This document shows positions 58,341 to 64,000 of a stretch of 64,000 nucleotides of DNA, piece by piece (the first letter of the stretch is position 1; each line of letters begins with the position of its first letter). Position numbers and translations under genes: made by a program. The stretch is from Escherichia coli (GTDB taxonomy: Bacteria; Pseudomonadota; Gammaproteobacteria; Enterobacterales; Enterobacteriaceae). Where the stretch lies: NCBI RefSeq assembly GCF_965641715.1, contig NZ_OZ282453.1. One strand, written 5' to 3'. The notes under the pieces are model-generated. The model saw nothing but the letters and a program-made list of their open reading frames with translations, had not been told where the DNA came from and did no database searches.

Positions 58341-60066
58341 GGATTTACTGACGCTGTTGACAATCAACTTTATCGTCGTCACCAAAGGGGCCGAGCGTAT
58401 TTCCGAGGTTTCTGCCCGCTTTACCCTGGACGCGATGCCCGGCAAACAGATGGCGATTGACGCTGACCTTAACGCCGGGTTGATCAACCAGGCGCAGGCG
58501 CAAACCCGGCGTAAAGATGTCGCCAGCGAGGCCGATTTCTACGGCGCGATGGACGGGGCGTCGAAGTTTGTGCGCGGGGATGCCATCGCCGGGATGATGA
58601 TTCTGGCGATCAACCTGATCGGTGGTGTCTGTATCGGGATCTTCAAATACAACCTGAGCGCTGACGCTGCCTTCCAGCAATATGTGCTGATGACCATCGG
58701 CGACGGGCTGGTGGCGCAGATCCCTTCCCTGCTGCTCTCCACCGCGGCGGCGATTATCGTCACCCGCGTCAGCGACAACGGCGATATCGCCCATGACGTA
58801 CGCCACCAACTGCTGGCAAGCCCGTCGGTGCTCTACACCGCTACCGGAATTATGTTTGTGCTGGCGGTAGTGCCGGGGATGCCCCACCTGCCGTTTTTGC
58901 TGTTCAGCGCCCTGCTTGGCTTTACCGGCTGGCGGATGAGCAAACGCCCGCAGGCGGCGGAGGCGGAAGAGAAAAGCCTCGAAACGCTGACCCGTACCAT
59001 CACCGAAACCAGCGAGCAACAGGTCAGTTGGGAGACTATTCCGCTGATCGAGCCTATCAGTTTAAGCCTCGGCTACAAGCTGGTGGCGCTGGTGGACAAA
59101 GCCCAGGGCAACCCGCTCACCCAGCGTATTCGCGGCGTGCGACAGGTGATATCCGACGGCAACGGCGTGCTGCTGCCGGAGATCCGCATTCGGGAAAACT
59201 TCCGCCTTAAGCCCAGTCAGTACGCTATTTTCATCAACGGCATTAAGGCCGATGAAGCAGATATTCCGGCGGATAAACTGATGGCCCTGCCCTCCAGCGA
59301 AACCTACGGCGAGATAGACGGCGTGCTGGGGAACGACCCGGCGTACGGGATGCCGGTGACCTGGATCCAGCCCGCGCAGAAGGCGAAGGCACTAAATATG
59401 GGGTATCAGGTGATCGACAGCGCCAGCGTGATTGCCACCCATGTGAATAAGATTGTACGCAGCTATATTCCTGATTTGTTTAACTATGACGACATCACAC
59501 AGTTGCATAACCGTTTGTCGTCGATGGCACCGCGCCTGGCGGAGGATTTAAGCGCGGCGCTGAATTACAGCCAGTTGCTGAAAGTGTACCGCACACTACT
59601 GACCGAAGGCGTTTCCCTGCGCGACATCGTCACCATCGCCACCGTGCTGGTCGCCAGTAGCGCGGTGACCAAAGATCACATTCTGCTGGCGGCCGATGTG
59701 CGCCTGGCGCTGCGGCGCAGCATTACTCATCCGTTCGTTCGCAAACAGGAGCTGACGGTGTATACGCTGAATAATGAGCTGGAAAATCTGCTCACCAACG
59801 TAGTGAATCAGGCGCAACAGGGCGGCAAAGTGATGCTCGACAGCGTGCCGGTCGACCCGAATATGCTCAACCAGTTCCAGAGCACGATGCCGCAGGTGAA
59901 GGAGCAGATGAAAGCGGCGGGGAAAGATCCGGTGCTGCTGGTGCCGCCGCAGTTGCGTCCTTTGCTGGCGCGCTATGCAAGGTTGTTTGCGCCGGGGCTG
60001 CATGTGCTGTCGTATAACGAAGTGCCGGACGAGCTGGAGTTGAAGATTATGGGGGCCTTGAGTTGA
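58327..60066 (+). pseudogene. fhiA: FlhA-like (LfhA/FhiA) export-gate protein lacking ~130 N-terminal residues; Flag-2 remnant
   Basis: Similarity begins at TINFIVVTKGAERISEVSARFTLDAMPGKQM (FlhA ~residue 130); no N-terminal TM1-3; junction with mbhA near 58330-58350. Confidence 0.6.
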
Positions 60067-60096
60067 TTGAGGAGGCTATATAAGGGCCAGGACCGT

Positions 60097-60184
60097 CCCC
60101 TCGCCCCTTTGGGGAGAGGGTTAGGGTGAGGGGAAAGTGCGCGCTGAGCCCCTCACCCCGGCCCTCTCCCCAAAGGGGCGAGGG
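60097..60184. repeat. Imperfect palindromic element (~34-bp arms) between convergent fhiA and yafL
   Basis: cccctcgcccctttggggagagggttagggtgagggg versus cccctcaccccggccctctccccaaaggggcgaggg; read directly. Confidence 0.4.
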
Positions 60185-60227
60185 AGAAAATCGTGTACGA
60201 CTTTAGCTTTTTCGCGGTATTGCCGTC

Positions 60228-60977
60228 CTACAAAATCGTCTCTTCCGTCAAAATCCGCCGCGCGCCTAAAAAATGATCCTGCCAGAAAGGTTCAGCTAAC
60301 CGACTTACCCGAATGGTTTCCCCGGTGCGCGGTGACTCAATAAACTGACCGTCGCCCAGATACACCCCCATATGGTCGGCAATCTCGCGGCTGTGGATAT
60401 GGAAAAACAGCAAATCTCCCCGGCGCAGGTCGTTATTCGCCACAATCGTTGCCCGATGGTAGTGATACATCTCATTAGCCGTACGCGGGAGCTTCGCCTC
60501 GAGGATCTTGTTGTAGGCATAAAAAACCAACCCGCTACAGTCAAAGCCTTTATCAGGCCGCGTGCCGCCCCAGACGTAAGGCTTGCCAAGCTGCTGCTCC
60601 AGGCGGTGAATCGCCACTTCGGTGATGTTATGCAGATGGTCGCTGCTTAAAAAGTGGTTATTTTCCGCCAGCGCCTGCCAGCGTCTGTCACTCGCCTTGA
60701 GCGGCGCAGGAAACCATTCTGGATGCTGTTTTATCTGTTCGCGGTTGTGCTGGCGCAGCGCCCTTCTGCTTTCGGCATTGCCTTCCACAATATAGCTGGC
60801 CTGCTTTTTCAGATGGGTTTGGTACTGTTTTAATAAACGCGCACGGTTTTGCATCCGCTGGCGGGCGGCGTAGCTGAAAGAGATATGTGATGTGGTGGCG
60901 CAGGCAAATGAAGAAAACGGCAAGCAAAGCAACAGTAATCCCGACAACACAAAAGAGGGAATCGACGGCAAAGACAT
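60228..60977 (-). CDS. yafL: NlpC/P60-family lipoprotein peptidase
   Basis: 249 aa from MSLPSIPSF...; catalytic Cys context GFDCSGLVFYAY. Confidence 0.8.
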   Translation of the reverse strand: MSLPSIPSFVLSGLLLLCLPFSSFACATTSHISFSYAARQRMQNRARLLKQYQTHLKKQASYIVEGNAESRRALRQHNREQIKQHPEWFPAPLKASDRRWQALAENNHFLSSDHLHNITEVAIHRLEQQLGKPYVWGGTRPDKGFDCSGLVFYAYNKILEAKLPRTANEMYHYHRATIVANNDLRRGDLLFFHIHSREIADHMGVYLGDGQFIESPRTGETIRVSRLAEPFWQDHFLGARRILTEETIL

Positions 60978-61186
60978 TCTCAATAATGGCTGGTCATGCA
61001 TTGATGTTGCAGTGTATCCTGGCCCGTACCTGAACAAACTTAATAAACCATTATTATAAAATTAATAAATATATTTCAGTTTATTATGTAAAAACATCCG
61101 TTTATTAAATTACTCATGGATTGTCGCTGTTGCTCATTTGAGCTACAATTCAAGCTGAATAAATATACAGCACAGGAGATACCCCA

Positions 61187-61447
61187 ATGGCTGCTAACGC
61201 GTTTGTTCGCGCCCGAATCGATGAAGATCTGAAGAATCAGGCGGCGGACGTACTGGCCGGGATGGGGCTGACCATCTCTGACCTGGTTCGCATAACCCTC
61301 ACAAAGGTCGCGCGTGAAAAGGCATTGCCGTTTGATTTACGCGAGCCTAATCAATTAACCATTCAATCAATCAAAAACAGCGAAGCTGGCGTTGATGTTC
61401 ATAAGGCCAAAGACGCCGATGATTTATTTGATAAATTAGGAATTTAA
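61187..61447 (+). CDS. dinJ: Type II antitoxin DinJ
   Basis: 86 aa MAANAFVRARIDEDLKNQAADVLAGMGLTISD... Confidence 0.9.
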   Translation: MAANAFVRARIDEDLKNQAADVLAGMGLTISDLVRITLTKVAREKALPFDLREPNQLTIQSIKNSEAGVDVHKAKDADDLFDKLGI

Positions 61448-61449
61448 AT

Positions 61450-61727
61450 ATGATTCAAAGGGATATTGAATACTCGGACAATTTTCAAAGGATGTAAAAC
61501 TTGCACAAAAGCGTCATAAGGATATGAATAAATTGAAATATCTTATGACGCTTCTTATCAATAATACTTTACCGCTTCCAGCTGTTTATAAAGACCACCC
61601 GCTGCAAGGTTCATGGAAAGGTTATCGCGATGCTCATGTCGAACCGGACTGGCTCCTGATTTACAAACTTACCGATAAACTTTTACGATTTGAGAGAACT
61701 GGAACTCACGCGGCGCTCTTTGGGTAA
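61450..61727 (+). pseudogene. yafQ: yafQ toxin gene with an apparent -1 frameshift (split into a 15-codon N-terminal ORF and a C-terminal ORF from 61476)
   Basis: ATG at 61450 gives MIQRDIEYSDNFQRM then stop at 61495; the conserved remainder (GQFSKDVKLAQKRHKDMNKLKYL...) is in the +2 frame; consistent with loss of one G in the tcggga run near 61476. Confidence 0.55.
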
Positions 61728-61882
61728 AGCCCGCTTCCGATGAAATTTGTAAACCCTGCGCCGACAGGCTTGCGTAAAACTCTTTTGGTGATAATGTGAG
61801 CCTTCCAAATCCAGACTATTCCGATTTGGGATCCATTTTGCCGTCCTGGCGTGTGTAACCGTTTTATCAAGGAATAAGCAGT

Positions 61883-62623
61883 ATGCGTAAAATCGCATTA
61901 ATTCTTGCGATGTTGTTGATCCCGTGCGTTTCGTTTGCCGGTTTGCTGGGCAGCAGTAGCTCGACCACGCCAGTGAGCAAAGAGTATAAGCAGCAGTTGA
62001 TGGGATCCCCTGTCTACATCCAGATCTTCAAGGAAGAACGTACGCTCGATCTCTACGTCAAAATGGGCGAGCAATATCAACTGCTCGACAGCTATAAAAT
62101 CTGTAAATATTCCGGCGGCTTAGGGCCAAAACAGCGTCAGGGCGATTTCAAAAGCCCGGAAGGGTTTTATAGCGTCCAGCGTAATCAGTTAAAACCAGAC
62201 AGCCGTTACTACAAAGCGATTAATATTGGTTTCCCCAATGCCTATGACCGTGCGCATGGTTATGAAGGGAAATACCTGATGATCCACGGCGATTGTGTTT
62301 CCATCGGCTGCTACGCGATGACCAATCAGGGCATTGACGAGATTTTCCAGTTCGTTACTGGCGCACTGGTATTTGGTCAGCCGAGCGTGCAAGTGAGCAT
62401 TTACCCGTTCCGCATGACCGACGCTAATATGAAGCGCCACAAATATTCCAACTTTAAGGACTTCTGGGAGCAACTGAAGCCGGGTTACGACTACTTTGAG
62501 CAAACCCGTAAGCCACCGACCGTTTCTGTGGTCAATGGTCGTTACGTGGTCAGCAAGCCGTTAAGCCACGAAGTTGTGCAACCACAGCTGGCATCAAACT
62601 ACACGCTCCCCGAGGCAAAATAA
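61883..62623 (+). CDS. yafK: L,D-transpeptidase-like periplasmic protein
   Basis: 246 aa with signal peptide; YkuD-like HGDCVSIGC catalytic region. Confidence 0.85.
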   Translation: MRKIALILAMLLIPCVSFAGLLGSSSSTTPVSKEYKQQLMGSPVYIQIFKEERTLDLYVKMGEQYQLLDSYKICKYSGGLGPKQRQGDFKSPEGFYSVQRNQLKPDSRYYKAINIGFPNAYDRAHGYEGKYLMIHGDCVSIGCYAMTNQGIDEIFQFVTGALVFGQPSVQVSIYPFRMTDANMKRHKYSNFKDFWEQLKPGYDYFEQTRKPPTVSVVNGRYVVSKPLSHEVVQPQLASNYTLPEAK

Positions 62624-63361
62624 GCGCCATTCGCCTGGCATAATTTTTTGCCAGGTTTCATTGCCCGTCAGCGGCTGTGTCGCAATCACCGTGACCACAT
62701 CATTCGGTGTGGTCTGCGAGCTGAAGTCGATTTCCACATCCTGATCCAGCAACGTTGCCACGCCAAACGGCGCGCGGCGGGTGATCCAGTGTAAATTAGT
62801 CGAGCAATACGCCATTACATAGCGCCCGTCCGAAAGCAGCATGTTGAAAACGCCCTTCGCCCGCAGTTCATCCGCCAGTGAGGCGATATATTTAAACACT
62901 GCCGCCATGTTGCCCGGCGTGCGCGGGTAACGCTGCGTTAATTTATGCAGCAGCCAGCAAAAGGCTTTTTCGCTGTCGGTTTCACCGACCGGGCGGAAGT
63001 TGCCGGTTTCCAGTGATTTGTAGCCCGTCAGTTGCCCGTTATGGGCATAAGTCCAGTTACGCCCCCATAACTCGCGGGTAAACGGGTGAGTATTTTCCAG
63101 CGCCACCTCGCCCCGATTAGCCTGGCGAATATGAGCCACCACCGAACAAGATTTTATCGGGTAGTCCTGGACCAGTTTGGCGATAGGTGAGTTAAAGCTG
63201 GGTTGCGGATCTTTAAATGTGCGACAGCCTTTACCTTCGTAAAAGGTAATGCCCCAGCCATCTTTATGTGGCCCGGTTCCACCACCACGCTGCACCAGAC
63301 CGGTGAAACTAAAGCAGATATCGGTAGGGACGTTGGCGCTCATCCCGAGCAATTCGCACAT
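62594..63361 (-). CDS. yafJ: Class II glutamine amidotransferase-like protein
   Basis: Start at [10 protein letters not shown] (N-terminal Cys nucleophile), 255 aa. Confidence 0.85.
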   Translation of the reverse strand: MCELLGMSANVPTDICFSFTGLVQRGGGTGPHKDGWGITFYEGKGCRTFKDPQPSFNSPIAKLVQDYPIKSCSVVAHIRQANRGEVALENTHPFTRELWGRNWTYAHNGQLTGYKSLETGNFRPVGETDSEKAFCWLLHKLTQRYPRTPGNMAAVFKYIASLADELRAKGVFNMLLSDGRYVMAYCSTNLHWITRRAPFGVATLLDQDVEIDFSSQTTPNDVVTVIATQPLTGNETWQKIMPGEWRLFCLGERVV

Positions 63362-63427
63362 GGGTAACCTCCACAACAGCGGGAGCGCATGGCCCCCGGC
63401 GAAGATTGATTTAAGAATTTTCAGGTC

Positions 63428-63556
63428 GGATGCGGCGTGAACGCATTATTCGGCCTACGGTTCGCGTACAGATTTGTAGGCATGATAAGACGCGTCAGCG
63501 TCGCATCAGGCATCAGCGCACAAATGCCGGATGCGGCGTAAACGTCTTATCCGGCC
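63428..63556. repeat. REP/BIME cluster (three REP units in alternating orientation)
   Basis: gccggatgcggcgtaaacgtcttatccggcctacg and related units read directly, between yafJ and gmhA. Confidence 0.6.
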
Positions 63557-63566
63557 TACGCCAGAC

Positions 63567-64000
63567 TTACTTAACCATCTCTTTTTCAATCAACTGGATC
63601 AGGATATGGATCACTTTAATGTGAATCTCCTGAATGCGGTCGGCATAACCAAAGTGCGGTACGCGAATTTCGATATCCGCCGTGCCAGCCATTTTGCCGC
63701 CGTCTTTACCGGTCAGGGTGATCACTTTCATTCCCTTCTCACGCGCCGCTGCGATCGCTTTGATCACGTTTGCAGAGTTACCGGAGGTGGAGATCCCCAG
63801 CAGTACATCGCCTTCGCGACCTACCGCTTCAACGTAACGGGAGAAAATATCATTGAAACCGAAATCGTTACCGACGCATGAAATATGACTAACGTCAGAA
63901 ATAGCAATCGCCGGGTAGCCCGGACGGTTTTCACGGTAGCGACCGGTCAACTCTTCGGCAAAGTGCATAGCGTCGCAATGGGAACCGCCGTTGCCGCAGG
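63567..64000 (-). CDS. gmhA: Phosphoheptose isomerase, partial (5' end beyond the window)
   Basis: C-terminal ~144 aa of GmhA (SIS domain, ...[29 protein letters not shown]...); gene continues past 64000. Confidence 0.85.

Noticed and set aside
58345-59019. 224-aa minus-strand ORF inside the FlhA-like fragment
   Set aside because: Antisense shadow ORF in GC-rich sequence.

Overview
The window reads as an Escherichia coli chromosomal segment, assigned by recognising the sequence and translated ORFs from memory of E. coli K-12 and relatives; no database search was possible. Layout: (1) 0.4-5.6 kb, a Rob-like AraC regulator (ykgA) and an intact 1416-aa intimin/invasin-family adhesin (eaeH/fdeC); (2) 6.2-12.6 kb, an accessory metabolic block (two aldo-keto reductases, two LysR regulators, a hydrolase, an Old-Yellow-Enzyme flavoprotein); (3) 13.0-13.9 kb, ykgR plus the zinc-independent ribosomal paralogs rpmE2/rpmJ2 behind a perfect Zur-box-like palindrome; (4) 15.0-21.8 kb, the ecpRABCDE common-pilus operon; (5) ykgJ, yagU and paoABCD; (6) 28.7-35.1 kb, a second accessory block (MFS transporter, secreted hydrolase paralog, LysR, SDR, LysR) containing a decayed ghost copy of the ykgR-rpmE2-rpmJ2 locus; (7) 35.2-46.8 kb, a P4-like satellite prophage integrated at tRNA-Thr (thrW), bounded by an exact 18-bp direct repeat, with integrase, AlpA, a ribbon-helix-helix candidate repressor, an alpha-type primase/helicase, an iteron cluster, sid/psu/ogr-delta homologs, and a two-gene cargo cassette at the att-distal end; (8) 47-64 kb, core genes proA, proB, phoE, crl, frsA, gpt, pepD, yafP, yafN, dinB, yafL, dinJ, yafK, yafJ and partial gmhA, interspersed with decay scars. 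The most interesting candidate is the cargo cassette: a DprA/Smf-like protein followed by a protein with a C-terminal phosphoribosyltransferase domain. This architecture matches the ShosTA-type toxin-antitoxin-like anti-phage system, but identity is inferred from motifs only. Also notable: both toxin genes of the yafNO and dinJ-yafQ modules appear inactivated (yafO reduced to 10 codons, yafQ frameshifted) while the antitoxin genes are intact. No CRISPR array or rRNA gene was seen.
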